Below the pieces are notes generated by a model, which made no database searches, was not told where the DNA came from, and was given only the letters and a program-made list of their open reading frames with translations. The position numbers and the translations under genes are program-made. From a virus (lineage: Duplodnaviria; Caudoviricetes), in the IMG/VR virus record IMGVR_UViG_3300028914_000059, positions 64,001-128,000 of that record: a stretch of DNA of 64,000 nucleotides; one strand, 5' to 3'. This document shows, one piece after another, positions 29,801 through 38,600 of this stretch; positions within the stretch are counted from its first letter, which is position 1; every line of letters begins with the position of its first letter.

Positions 29801-30077
29801 TGTTACCGTTAAATTCTTTCAGGTACACCCATGTTCTATAGTCATAATCGCAGCTATCCATAGGCCCTGTTGGATTAGCCGGGGGTGTGGTTCCCCAGGA
29901 TGCAAAATCAGTTATATCATTAAATTCTAAATCTGTGTCCAAACATAGATAAGCGTCAGTAAGCTCATTTCCATCCTGAGAGGAACAATTAGCTATTAAC
30001 TCGTTCCATGCATCTATACTACCTATTGAATAAGGATCCTGCTGGGTTCCTGACCCTGTTATATATGTAAAAGGCAT
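23886..30077 (-). CDS. 2063-aa long tail fibre/adhesin
   Basis: GSGTQQDPYSI N-terminus, about 11 Flg_new-like repeats, HxH metal-knot motifs, NGYAGLD repeats. Confidence 0.8.
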   Translation of the reverse strand: MPFTYITGSGTQQDPYSIGSIDAWNELIANCSSQDGNELTDAYLCLDTDLEFNDITDFASWGTTPPANPTGPMDSCDYDYRTWVYLKEFNGNNHTIRGAYVYQDTEGQWSSWLSLITSAGRNGVIRNLKFDHCYFNINTGTNYDYEDCTGVLIYGMFGHYVQYSSSSPGRISNVEVTNSVFNFTGRYYYPALFRADCVDHIYVDNTNIINVGTTMFSCVYCNICADNIYVDPVINVVDNAYTREYLTIAPVIVDGNNVYSLYKYNSATGKYEKVTQPQLTSIGISEESLAFTRMYLGGTINLAPATINYLYVAPFIINSSAAAVDYMSECIGALTVNGQNTSVVNRADLSGLYYYSQSSFSISAGSFNAGEEPTRELRDCYSICNYTLAAVPSQTTYAGFCSSYNNNNELQIEDSYNFDSVDLGSAFTGTGNNVIFRAVGGLDTQDVHSDNCFYVENTPSFQAPQYGTNTELTSQAFANTANLSTLDYNDTWEMSSAKGRPILSDTIEGVPAYVNGDTLLSQAATPVVSTYELILHQNYNNYGTVTGAGNYAEGDSVVITATPASGYAFVRWHDGVTENPRTIIMPASSVTYTAGFGFTLNAVSADATMGSVTGGGNYCPGEHATITAVPNAGYRFSQWNDDNTDNPRDVWADNTTYTATFVQIVTHTVTLTSNDANLGSVAGSGTYEHGTQVTLVATPASDHVRFNGWSDGETDPTRTVVLIDDLSLTATFEQLYSLTLESRSGAQCASFVGAGLYPTGTVVHIAAVPDDGFRLKYWDDLNTNLERNVTIGSSDQTIRAFFQSHIEISVTDESDTITYTSNAGNLTRENNTYSGWCDPTGNLNVTLVPGEDRDLSAWSDGVTSLSRIISAANPVSLTAVTFRDIPVYTLTVNSNDNNLGTATGGGEYEAGEVAEIEATAAQGVSFVGWSDGSVANPRGVTVNSNQTITALFGYMLQIFQSEYGTVSGEGAYAAGSTAVLTATPVENFYFAEWSDHNTDNPRTVTVDADVSYEPVFRMKKSLTVQSSNGANGGVSFSEEGPFENSITTMVVPGTEVTVYTSPAQQYQLSSWSDGGSGISRTITVNDDLSVTAVFSKILRTFYINVETNDSELGNVTGEGYAQEDSYITITAVPRAGARFIGWNDGDMQATRSVLVTGDATYTALFEEIIYFTVEATSNDPVFGHVDGAGIFEEGSQITLTAVPEEGYAFSAWSDGVLSASRTVTLDENKSFHAIFMKLYHRMVNTYRYDGKVGRMKANGKIYSSITLYRSLDLAENACVELGQFDTNTGKHFIFVSVKDATRYILKQYSLSLNHNHTSGEWFRADPLDSSDLASNEFQLEVKSDGVSAALRLKRLTGGDELDFQVVIQNLGIEDESWFEGQEAYIDTTEVPSYIESMPAGLNRCDHMHLANRGDHTHAEIDAHLDDPNPHPGHEVISDKNVPNGYAGLDDDANVPIEHLPIGGDDDQLVLGSDPRLSDDRYPTEHAHSHTSDGDDTLYLSTLAGNLAQDRTHNNVDTDDSEEAIHHTLGDGHTQAAPGDHLHDERYAPIDQGVLGGNNHIHDGEDTAKVDHANLINKGVYTHAQIDAHIEATTPHSGHEDKANKDIPNGYAGLNALGKIKSEEISFGTGSGSVCEGNDPRLTNARPPSAHAQYHAAEGSDPITISTLAGNLTQARSHDSADTDSSTSAIHHTIGSGANQAAAGNHNHDSAYAPISMLLADNSDLGPNLRVANSADTYVLGTVAVEENSETVLRTRFHKLSHNDLSDKGTYDHDDIDQFINDATQYEVTARRGQADGYASLDANGRIPLSQMPLSTASAVPNVANIAARDAMTNVADGAQVRVLDASADASVNSGWALYTYYADQDVWVKLAEQESLDMVTDWSNLQNKPVSTVSAIDTAVGQAHDQNTDQALDYGGNNEVTAAAIKAHLESFTAHAGNEVLSNKGQPDGYAELDSTGRLPTAQLPLNIAAATADSATTAVSATTAGHATTADSATTADTATTAASAAEADALSEAFELSLTGDAEGSVSIDGSMNVTLNVTIPAIAANQFSLMSAEEVEAIIV

Positions 30078-30088
30078 CTTCTATCTCC

Positions 30089-31801
30089 TTAATCTATTAC
30101 TGGCATAAACATAGCTACTTCGCTATTATCTAAAACGTGATCCAGCATTGCAAATACTGCCAGGCCTATACTTGCGCCAATAGCTGTGTCGTCCTGGGGA
30201 CATCCCAGAGCTACAAGACTTGTCGTATCTTCTACTTCTGCCGGGATATCCCAGCTTCTCACTATATTATTATAGCGTATGGTAACTGCATCATCAAATA
30301 TAGAAACAGATATAACTGCGGGACCTGTAGAAACAGGGCCGGGCTGAACACCGAGAACATAAGAGTTATTATGATTATCTGACAGCTTTATCTGGAACAA
30401 ATCATATCCAGCAATCAGGTCTATCTTATATTGTTCAGTAGTTAGCAGCCTCTGTGGCTCAGCTGTCTGAGACATTTCTCTGACATCTGTTGAAAACAGA
30501 TAGGTTACATTCCTCATGTTATAGCCAGTCGAGGTAACCAGCTTATCAGTTGGTCTGAAGTAAACATGATAACCAAGACTCTGTGAAAAAGCTCTGCGTG
30601 GATGCAGTGTGGGAGTGGCTATCATAGTTTCACTCTTATCGCCAACCCACATATAGTCTGAAGTACTGTAGCCAAATCCCTTGAAGCTTGCTATAGTACT
30701 ACCTTCGTCATATTCATATACCGGAGCATACGGACTGACGGGGCTAGAGAAGGGCAAACCTCGTGGATCTATATAAACAGCATTCATCACCTGCCCTGAT
30801 AGTGTAACCACCTGACCTTCAGCCGGTACTTCACCTTCAAACTTAATAAGGCCTATACCATTGCCGGAACCAAGCTCCTTATAATCTTCTCCTACGAACT
30901 GTTCTACACCATCAACATAAGCATGAGTTGAATCCTTGATATATTCAACATCGAATGTAAACTCGGAGCGAATACCGTCACCCAGTTCTCTAGCCTTTAT
31001 ATTAAAGAACGGGCGGCCGGATGAGGATCTCTTCAGGTTGGATATTAAAGTATTAGACGGTCTGAGTATATCAGTATCCGCAGCTATAGAAATATAGGCT
31101 ATAGGCAGCATATCATCATGCAATACCGGAACAGCACCGAAACTTGCTACATCACCTTCCACTACAACTATCTGAGGCTCACAGACTTTGCCGAACCTGT
31201 CATAAAGGTCTTCATTGTATTTAATGCACACAGCATCTGTTCTGGGAAATTCCCCAGTAGGCTTAATAGTAAAAGCCTGCTTGATATCTTCGGTCAACAC
31301 TATCTTGGCTCCCTGCCTGCTCAAAGCAATGCCGGAACTTACATCAAAAGAATTAGTGTCCTGACCATAGCTTACATTGAAGCCAAACTTAACACCTGGA
31401 TCCACCAGATCCTTAAGGTAAGTGCGCAGTTCGTCATCTGTGATGTTCTGCCTGTTCATGTAAGATACCTGGAAAGAGTTTCTCTTATTGGTTATCTCTA
31501 CTGGCAGATAAATTAAATTAATTATGTTGTAGGAGCCATTAACAGAAATAAGCAGTCTGTAGTTACCAGGCTGCAGGTTGTTCCCGTCTCTGTTGACATA
31601 GGCGGTCCCAATAAAAACAGTGGTATCAGATATCTGACGAACTTCTTTCAAGTCCACAGCTGTATCTACGTTTACCACCGCGTTATCATTTTCACTATAT
31701 AGATTGACTGTCAGCCTGGGATTATCTCCAAGATCCTGGATATAACCGTTATAGCATGCAGTAAAAGGATATACTATCGGCAGCTGTCTGTAAAAAATCA
31801 T
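30089..31801 (-). CDS. Baseplate/tail structural protein
   Basis: PRTDAVCIKY and VDGVEQ..GEDY motifs shared with neighbouring genes. Confidence 0.6.
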   Translation of the reverse strand: MIFYRQLPIVYPFTACYNGYIQDLGDNPRLTVNLYSENDNAVVNVDTAVDLKEVRQISDTTVFIGTAYVNRDGNNLQPGNYRLLISVNGSYNIINLIYLPVEITNKRNSFQVSYMNRQNITDDELRTYLKDLVDPGVKFGFNVSYGQDTNSFDVSSGIALSRQGAKIVLTEDIKQAFTIKPTGEFPRTDAVCIKYNEDLYDRFGKVCEPQIVVVEGDVASFGAVPVLHDDMLPIAYISIAADTDILRPSNTLISNLKRSSSGRPFFNIKARELGDGIRSEFTFDVEYIKDSTHAYVDGVEQFVGEDYKELGSGNGIGLIKFEGEVPAEGQVVTLSGQVMNAVYIDPRGLPFSSPVSPYAPVYEYDEGSTIASFKGFGYSTSDYMWVGDKSETMIATPTLHPRRAFSQSLGYHVYFRPTDKLVTSTGYNMRNVTYLFSTDVREMSQTAEPQRLLTTEQYKIDLIAGYDLFQIKLSDNHNNSYVLGVQPGPVSTGPAVISVSIFDDAVTIRYNNIVRSWDIPAEVEDTTSLVALGCPQDDTAIGASIGLAVFAMLDHVLDNSEVAMFMPVID

Positions 31802-32460
31802 CTGGTTACACCAACTCTCCCTAAATATATTCTGGCAGTGATATCTGTACCAGCTGCCGGTACTTCGTTCAAAAACTCAATGATAGAAATGTATTTGCCG
31901 TCAGGGCCTACTTCAGACCTTATCACATAATCTTCGCCTTCCACCTGGGCAACTCCTGCGACATGCAGATCCAGTGCCTGGTTGGCATATACTGTTTCTG
32001 CCAGGAAGAACTTGGAGGTATCGCCATCAGGGGCTGGGAATACATTTCTAAAGCCTACCAAATGATCTTCGGTAGTATCGACGTGTTCGAATACCTGAGC
32101 CATCTTGCCATCCCATCTTATTCTGGCAAGTGGAACCATGTCAGGCTGACCCTTAAGAAGGCTTCCGTTAGGCTTTGTCACAGATAATGTTCCTTTTCGG
32201 CAATTAAATGTGACGCCTGCTGGTCCGACTACTGCTTCTACATAGTAAATGCCTGGCTCTACTGGTATCTTGCATGCGTTTATAATCTCATGCTTAATAG
32301 TGGCAGAACGTGAGTTTGGAAAACTCAGTCTGCCTGGAAGTACGTTTATCCATACTCTGTCGTGAATGCGCACTCCACAACCAGAAACAACACCCGGATC
32401 TCCGATCCAGGTGCTGCCTGTTAATTTATCTCTTAATAATGTGGAGACTTTAAGTGCCAT
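31798..32460 (-). CDS. Baseplate/tail structural protein
   Basis: PDGDTSKF..VAGVAQVEGEDY Ig-like motif; translationally coupled. Confidence 0.6.
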   Translation of the reverse strand: MALKVSTLLRDKLTGSTWIGDPGVVSGCGVRIHDRVWINVLPGRLSFPNSRSATIKHEIINACKIPVEPGIYYVEAVVGPAGVTFNCRKGTLSVTKPNGSLLKGQPDMVPLARIRWDGKMAQVFEHVDTTEDHLVGFRNVFPAPDGDTSKFFLAETVYANQALDLHVAGVAQVEGEDYVIRSEVGPDGKYISIIEFLNEVPAAGTDITARIYLGRVGVTR

Positions 32461-32463
32461 GCG

Positions 32464-33957
32464 TTATACTCTTCTGTATTTTACCCAGAAATCGGCAGGT
32501 CCGTTGCCAGACACATTGCCTTCTGAGTCAGGAGCTGGAACATTTTCCTGCAGAGTGATTACATTGCCCTGAATAGTGTAGCCTTTCTGGTGTGGACTAT
32601 CCTTCATCAAGACGATACCATCAAGAATCACAGTTTCTGTTCCTTCCTTAGGCATGTCGTTCATTACAAATACCTTGTTATAACCGTCGGCTCTTCCATT
32701 AGTGGTCAAGTCTTCAACCACTTCAGCAAAGCTGTCAGTTATCCAGCGCTGCATTTCAATAACCTGATGCTCGTCAGTTATGGCATAACCTAAAAACAGC
32801 TTATTTACCGGAACTGGAGACAATCTTTCATAGACGGCTTCGAACAATGGGCGACCGCTGTTAGTACCTACAGCATAAATATAAGCAACGGGGCTGTCCT
32901 TAATCCACAGTCGACATGCGGCATCCTGATCTTCAAGGTCTTGTGCATCAATGCCTTCGTGATCTATAGAACGAAATGTAGTAGATGTTACAAACTCATA
33001 TACCTGATTGGCATGTGGACAGGCAACGTGCAATATCTCATTGTTTCTGTAATTACCTGCTATGTCGTAACCACTTATGTATATGTCACCCTCAACGTTA
33101 TCTACTGAAGGCTGAATATAGAAGCGTAGTGTGCTTGGGTAATCAGGATCCCTGTCCAGAGTCATGTTATCACAGGCATATCTGATATTACCGGTGAACA
33201 GTCCAGTGTCTGGATGTCTGTCTCTTTCGTTATAGAGATATTCACGAGCTCTCAAAGTTGTGATGGTGTAATCTTCTTCACTGGTATTAGCAACACCGGC
33301 AAGAAAACCAGTACCTGGGCTTACTGTTACATTGAGCATGCTGGAAGACAACTGCCATCCGCTGAAAACGAAGTTGCCCAGACAGATATAAAGAGCGTTA
33401 GCTACCTGATCCATTAACTCTGTGGTTGTCATAGTTCTGGTTCTATTGAAGATATCTGCACGTCCTATAGTAGTCATGCCTGGACTTACCAGGATTTCAG
33501 CCATTGGAATGTCACCTGGTTCCATGTCACTCAGTTTTGCCTGAGGTTCACCCTGAATATATGGAGTAGGTGTGCCCTTGATAACTACATAAGATGCCGG
33601 GTTAACAGCTGGAGTAGCTCTTGTCCATGTGCCGTTGGGATTATATCTGTGGCGCATGACAATAAGATCACGTCGTGGATAGTCAGCGTCAGGATCATCT
33701 ATCTGTAAGAACTTAAGTTCTGGCCAATAGGTTGGATCATCGCCAAGCTCAACGCCTACATCTTCGGTTTCTTCTATCTTGACACCTTCATCTGTTAGAG
33801 CATAGCCTGCGGTAAGACCAACATACATAGACTGTGGTGCAGTTGGAACTATCATGAGACCATGATATAGGCCTGGGGCTACAAGTTTGGCGATGTGATC
33901 ATTATATGTTCTGGTGCTCGGAGGAGCTTTATATACGAATGTCTGTTTCTGTGCCAT
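32464..33957 (-). CDS. Baseplate/tail structural protein
   Basis: PRRDLIV..Y...KGTP motif; C-terminal DGYNKVF..LDG domain. Confidence 0.6.
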   Translation of the reverse strand: MAQKQTFVYKAPPSTRTYNDHIAKLVAPGLYHGLMIVPTAPQSMYVGLTAGYALTDEGVKIEETEDVGVELGDDPTYWPELKFLQIDDPDADYPRRDLIVMRHRYNPNGTWTRATPAVNPASYVVIKGTPTPYIQGEPQAKLSDMEPGDIPMAEILVSPGMTTIGRADIFNRTRTMTTTELMDQVANALYICLGNFVFSGWQLSSSMLNVTVSPGTGFLAGVANTSEEDYTITTLRAREYLYNERDRHPDTGLFTGNIRYACDNMTLDRDPDYPSTLRFYIQPSVDNVEGDIYISGYDIAGNYRNNEILHVACPHANQVYEFVTSTTFRSIDHEGIDAQDLEDQDAACRLWIKDSPVAYIYAVGTNSGRPLFEAVYERLSPVPVNKLFLGYAITDEHQVIEMQRWITDSFAEVVEDLTTNGRADGYNKVFVMNDMPKEGTETVILDGIVLMKDSPHQKGYTIQGNVITLQENVPAPDSEGNVSGNGPADFWVKYRRV

Positions 33958-33974
33958 GGTGTTTCTCCTTTAGA

Positions 33975-34517
33975 TTAAAACTGGATTGTCCATCTGGCGA
34001 CAAAGAAAACGCCATTATCTTTATAGCGGGGGCGAACAGTCTTTCTACAGAAAAGTCTGCCTGAGGCTGTCTTCAAACCAAATTCTGTCAAATTGCCTAT
34101 GGACTCTGTCTCTGTAATTGTAGTCACAAAAGTAGTGGCCAGAGCATTTGGATGTGATATTGAAGATATCTCTTTCTGGAACAGGGGCTGATATAAATCT
34201 AAATCTGCTCCTGTAGGTGGTTCCGGATCTGAATCCGGGTCTGGTGTTCCAATATATCCACCTGTACCTGTACAGAAATATTTAATAGGATCAGATGTGA
34301 TTCCTGGGGGCAAGGTTCCTGACATAGTTTCGTTTAAAATTTTACGTCCTTCGTCAACAACCAGATTCTGGCCCTTTTCCCTGAATAGGATCTGGGTCTT
34401 TGCGGGATCTATTAAAATATCAGACCCCATTATAATCGGATATTCGCCCTTCATATAGATGAGCTGGAGCGTGCCTCTTACTGGAACACGATCCTTGAAA
34501 TTAAATGTTTCTGACAT
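33975..34517 (-). CDS. Tail-collar/fibre-attachment-like baseplate protein
   Basis: NLVVDEGRKIL..GTG..TEFGL..LFCRK..WTIQF pattern. Confidence 0.65.
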   Translation of the reverse strand: MSETFNFKDRVPVRGTLQLIYMKGEYPIIMGSDILIDPAKTQILFREKGQNLVVDEGRKILNETMSGTLPPGITSDPIKYFCTGTGGYIGTPDPDSDPEPPTGADLDLYQPLFQKEISSISHPNALATTFVTTITETESIGNLTEFGLKTASGRLFCRKTVRPRYKDNGVFFVARWTIQF

Positions 34518-34550
34518 TACTTTACTCCGGAGTTTAGATATCTACAATGT

Positions 34551-34579
34551 AATATAGCTTATGGCGGGCAATATGTCAA
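34551..34579 (-). promoter_or_regulatory. Sigma70-type promoter of the tail operon
   Basis: Minus strand TTGACA-17 nt-TATATT. Confidence 0.7.
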
Positions 34580-34653
34580 TGCTACTAAATTTCTAGTAAT
34601 TTTGTGGTTATAAATATAATGTAAAGAAAAATATCTATGAAAGGAGTAATGCT

Positions 34654-34764
34654 ATGGATAAAGCATTCAAAGGTATCGCACTGATCTGCTTAGCGATCAT
34701 AAGCTTCGTAAGTAGTGCTGCACTAGGATGTCTGCTTACCATTCTAGAAAAAGAACAAAAGTAA
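34654..34764 (+). CDS. 36-aa membrane peptide
   Basis: AAGGAG SD; MDKAFKGIALICLAIISFVSSAALGCLLTILEKEQK. Confidence 0.5.
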   Translation: MDKAFKGIALICLAIISFVSSAALGCLLTILEKEQK

Positions 34765-34922
34765 GCTTAATCAGGCCTGCACATAAAAGTGTAGGTCTGG
34801 TTAATTTTTTACATAGTACTAGGTATAAGAATAATGTGAATGAAGAACATAGATCTTAGATCATCAGGTGTTGCCTGGGGCTAAGACAAGAATGAGTCTT
34901 CATTATACAGGAAGGACTTATT

Positions 34923-35228
34923 ATGAATAAGTTCGCTAAAATATATCTGGTTTCCTGTTTCGTTTCCTGCCTCATCTGTTTCGTTGCCTATTTTGTAATC
35001 TGGCTGTTAGGCTGCTCGGGAAATAAGATATGTAGGGCCTTCTGGAATAATATTTCTAGTCAATACCATATGAGTTTCCTAATTCTTGCCCGTCCATGGA
35101 TGACGCAGAAGGGTTATGACGAGAAAATGAAGCAACAGCAAGATAGATTTGCTGCAAGCTTCACTGAATTTCTCAAGGCCGTCGGAATTGTAGAAGCAGC
35201 CAAAAAAGAAGGCTACAAAGAAGCGTAA
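34923..35228 (+). CDS. Small membrane protein
   Basis: N-terminal TM; GGTATAAG motif upstream; terminator at about 35232-35270. Confidence 0.65.
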   Translation: MNKFAKIYLVSCFVSCLICFVAYFVIWLLGCSGNKICRAFWNNISSQYHMSFLILARPWMTQKGYDEKMKQQQDRFAASFTEFLKAVGIVEAAKKEGYKEA

Positions 35229-35284
35229 AAAATAAACTCTCAGATTTTCTAGTCTGAGAGTTTATTTTTTAACTGGTAATTATT

Positions 35285-35971
35285 TTATAAGGTCATACGC
35301 CATGCCCTACGGATTTCACTAGGAGCAAGTCTTAATGGATACATAATATCGCCACCCCGGCGAAAATTTTGACTTGGGGAGAAATCATAGTACAATTCTC
35401 TAGCTTTCGACAAGGCATCCCTCTTCAAGGTATCTAGATCAGAACCCTCCAAATACGAAAATGGTACACCAGGATCAGGTGTAAGACCGCCAAATACGCT
35501 ATCCAGAAGGTGTTTACGCTTGTAATTATCACCATTATCATTCAAACCTTCAAGGTAAGATGCTAACCTTTTGCTATTATTGCCTAAATTCATGAGGTCA
35601 ACATCTCCACGTTGTCTCATTCTACCTATCTGCCCCAGAACATCGGCTACCGCTCCCCTACTGGATAACTCATCACTTAATAATGCCGCTGAAGACCCCA
35701 GTCCAGCACCAACACCACCACCTATTAATCCGCCTTTAGCTCCACCTCTCAAGCCTCCGGTAAGTCCTGCTTTAAGTCTGTTACCAAAGGTTCCAGCAGA
35801 ATTTCTATAGTTCTTGACAGCTCCAATAGTGCCGCCTAAAAGAGAACCTAAGCCAGCACCGGCTATACCTCCAGAAGTAGCTCCTCCTAAAGCAGAAAAC
35901 AGCATTCCTTTAGCTATACCGGCTAGTTTTACATTAGCTGAATTTATAATATCCTGTTCTAGTTGATTCAT
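35285..35971 (-). CDS. Glycine-zipper protein with type-1 (DI..ANVKLA) leader
   Basis: GGATSGGIAGAGLG and GGLIGGGVGAGLG; core nearly identical to 36006. Confidence 0.8.
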   Translation of the reverse strand: MNQLEQDIINSANVKLAGIAKGMLFSALGGATSGGIAGAGLGSLLGGTIGAVKNYRNSAGTFGNRLKAGLTGGLRGGAKGGLIGGGVGAGLGSSAALLSDELSSRGAVADVLGQIGRMRQRGDVDLMNLGNNSKRLASYLEGLNDNGDNYKRKHLLDSVFGGLTPDPGVPFSYLEGSDLDTLKRDALSKARELYYDFSPSQNFRRGGDIMYPLRLAPSEIRRAWRMTL

Positions 35972-36005
35972 TACACTATTCTCCCTGTATTCCTGATTAA
36001 TTATT

Positions 36006-36695
36006 TTATAAAGTCATGCGCCAACTATTAATAGAACTTTTAGGAAATAATAAGGGGTACAATGCACCCGCTGGGGCAAGAATGCTCCCTTCAAAAAATG
36101 AATCCGAAAAACTATCCGAAAAACCATCAGCGGCTATTAGTTCTCTAGCTTTTCTTAAAGCATCTCTTTTTAAAATAGGTAGGCTGGGCCCTTCACCCTT
36201 AGCGCTGTTAGCAAATACATCGTCTAACAGGTGTATGTTCTTATAATTATCCCCATTACTGTTTAATCCTTGGAAATAGAACAGTAAATCCTTTGTGGGT
36301 CCATATACGTTCTTGGTATTAGCATATCCTAGATGTTTCATATTGCCTAACTCACGTAAAGCGTCAACCGCGGTCATTCTAGCATCTAATTCCTCTGTGA
36401 ACGATGGAAGTATAGATCCTAACCCTGCACCGATACCACCACCTATCAATCCACCCTTAGCTCCACCTTTCAAACCTCCGGTAAGTCCTGCTTTGACCCT
36501 GTTGCCAAAGGTTCCAGCAGAATTTCTATAGTTCTTAACGGCTCCAATAGTACTACCTAAAAGAGAGCCTAAGCCAGCACCGACTATACCTCCAGAAGTA
36601 GCTCCCCCTAAAGCATTGCCAATTATATTTTTAGCTGTTCCGGCTTGCTTTACAAAACCTGATGCTAATTCTTTACTTCTCATTGCTATTTCCAT
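36006..36695 (-). CDS. Glycine-zipper protein with type-2 (SKELASGFVKQA) leader
   Basis: Two GxxxGxxxG helices. Confidence 0.8.
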   Translation of the reverse strand: MEIAMRSKELASGFVKQAGTAKNIIGNALGGATSGGIVGAGLGSLLGSTIGAVKNYRNSAGTFGNRVKAGLTGGLKGGAKGGLIGGGIGAGLGSILPSFTEELDARMTAVDALRELGNMKHLGYANTKNVYGPTKDLLFYFQGLNSNGDNYKNIHLLDDVFANSAKGEGPSLPILKRDALRKARELIAADGFSDSFSDSFFEGSILAPAGALYPLLFPKSSINSWRMTL

Positions 36696-36712
36696 AAACC
36701 ACTAGTATCTCC

Positions 36713-37312
36713 TTATATAAATATCTTAACAAAGTCATTGGCATTACTAATAAAATCTGGTGCTGTACCTATAGCAGCTCTAAGCACTGGGCTACCCACA
36801 TTATAAATACCATTTCCAACGCCATCTAAGAAACTAAGACCTTTATATCCGACTTTATCAGCTATTGCTTGGGCAATTCTCAACTCTTTACCCTGTAACT
36901 TATCCAAGGGCAGCACAGAGTTAATCGCCTTAGTTACATGAGGGATCGGGCCATATGCTGCGCCAGCAACACCACCAATACCAGAACCAGCTAGAGCACC
37001 GTTGCCAAAATCCCGGGCCATAGCTTTCAGCCTATCTGCAGCTGTAACTTTAGGACCAAACAACTTATCATGCAATATAGATAAGCCTACTTTCAGCTTG
37101 GACTTTTCCCCTTTAGTTGCGGCCATAACATCAGGAATATAAGATCTGTTTATCAAACCCCTGGCAGTATTTATAGTGCCACCAAGCAAACCGCCCATAA
37201 GAGCACCTGTGGCACCACCACCAGCCATTTCACCTAGAAGGGCTTTGTAATTTATACCTGCACTTTTAACAAAAGTACAAGCCAATTGAGTGCTTTTATC
37301 TTTAATATTCAT
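36713..37312 (-). CDS. Glycine-zipper protein with type-2 leader (FVKSA)
   Basis: MNIKDKSTQLACTFVKSA; GGGATGALMGGLLGG. Confidence 0.8.
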   Translation of the reverse strand: MNIKDKSTQLACTFVKSAGINYKALLGEMAGGGATGALMGGLLGGTINTARGLINRSYIPDVMAATKGEKSKLKVGLSILHDKLFGPKVTAADRLKAMARDFGNGALAGSGIGGVAGAAYGPIPHVTKAINSVLPLDKLQGKELRIAQAIADKVGYKGLSFLDGVGNGIYNVGSPVLRAAIGTAPDFISNANDFVKIFI

Positions 37313-37342
37313 AATATTTTGCTACCCTCTATTACATGTAAA

Positions 37343-37975
37343 TTAAAACGGCTTAGTTCTTGGCCTTCCCAATAACCGAGCAAGAGTCCCGGCAGGAGTT
37401 AAAAGGCCGCTTGCAAAACTACTCTTCAGTACAGAATCAACTAATGAGCTATCCTCAGAATGCCTGAGCAAGCTGGCAACTTCACCTTTCTGAAGGCCAT
37501 CTAGGCCTAACGGTAATATCTTATCAGTGATAAAGTCTTGAGCTCCTTTAGGCATCGACCACCATTGAATATCAGAAATGGAGCTGTTGGGTCTTGCTAA
37601 GTGCTTTAAAATCTCGCTGGAATCCTCAAAAAGCCGTCGCCTTGCGCCATTTGCTAACGAACCAATACCGTAAGGTACTTGTGATGCACCTAACCCAGCA
37701 CCTACACCTGTACCTATAAGGCCGCCTTTTAGTCCACCCTTAGTGCCCCCACGTAATGCTGCCTTAAGCTTATTGCCTAAACCTGGATCAGCGGCTATGA
37801 CAGAGCTTACAGCTCCCTTGAGTCCGCCTATCCCAGAGCCTATGAGACCACCTAGTATTCCACCAGAAGTAGCACCACCTAAATATGTATTCAAAGGCTG
37901 ATTCCAATTTACTGCAGCCTGTTTGACAAAACCTGACGCTAATTCTTTACTTCTATTTTCAATATTCAAAGTCAT
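37343..37975 (-). CDS. Glycine-zipper protein with type-2 leader (FVKQA)
   Basis: NIENRSKELASGFVKQA; GGATSGGILGGLIG. Confidence 0.8.
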   Translation of the reverse strand: MTLNIENRSKELASGFVKQAAVNWNQPLNTYLGGATSGGILGGLIGSGIGGLKGAVSSVIAADPGLGNKLKAALRGGTKGGLKGGLIGTGVGAGLGASQVPYGIGSLANGARRRLFEDSSEILKHLARPNSSISDIQWWSMPKGAQDFITDKILPLGLDGLQKGEVASLLRHSEDSSLVDSVLKSSFASGLLTPAGTLARLLGRPRTKPF

Positions 37976-38000
37976 AATAACTCTCCTTAATTAGTATATA

Positions 38001-38600
38001 TTACCATAAACCGTTTGGAAATAAAGGATTCTTAGTTTGTAATGGAAGTGTTCCATATCTAATATGATTTAAGGGTGTGTTAAGACCTGCAGTAAAAGAT
38101 GGAATAATATCACCACGTAGCCTTCCTATAGAATCAGTATACTGTTTTCTAGCTTTTGCAACAGCTTCTGGGCCACCCATGATAGCTCCCATAGAAGACT
38201 CGTCCAGTAGAGATCTGGAAAGTTCCAACGCAGCTATATTAGAACTTTTACCACCTGGCGATTTGGCAAAAATTCTTTCAGCATTGATTGCATCCACTAA
38301 ATTAGATAACCCCCCTATACCAGCACCTATTTCGGCTCCGGTAAGACCGGTTCTCAAACTACCTTTAGCACCGCTGCTCAATCCAGCCTTTAATCTCTGA
38401 GCCAAACTACCTTCTGCCGATCTATACCCTTTAATAGCATCCTTAATACCGCCGATACCCATGCCAATACTGCCACCGATAGCTGCACCACTGGCTGCTC
38501 CCCCTAAGGAATTGGCCACGACACCTTTTATATCTGACAGTAATCCGGCGGACTTTACGAAACCAGTTGCTAACTGCTTACTTCTATTTTCAATATTCAT
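38001..38600 (-). CDS. Glycine-zipper protein with type-2 leader (FVKSA)
   Basis: MNIENRSKQLATGFVKSA; GGAASGAAIGG. Confidence 0.8.
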   Translation of the reverse strand: MNIENRSKQLATGFVKSAGLLSDIKGVVANSLGGAASGAAIGGSIGMGIGGIKDAIKGYRSAEGSLAQRLKAGLSSGAKGSLRTGLTGAEIGAGIGGLSNLVDAINAERIFAKSPGGKSSNIAALELSRSLLDESSMGAIMGGPEAVAKARKQYTDSIGRLRGDIIPSFTAGLNTPLNHIRYGTLPLQTKNPLFPNGLW

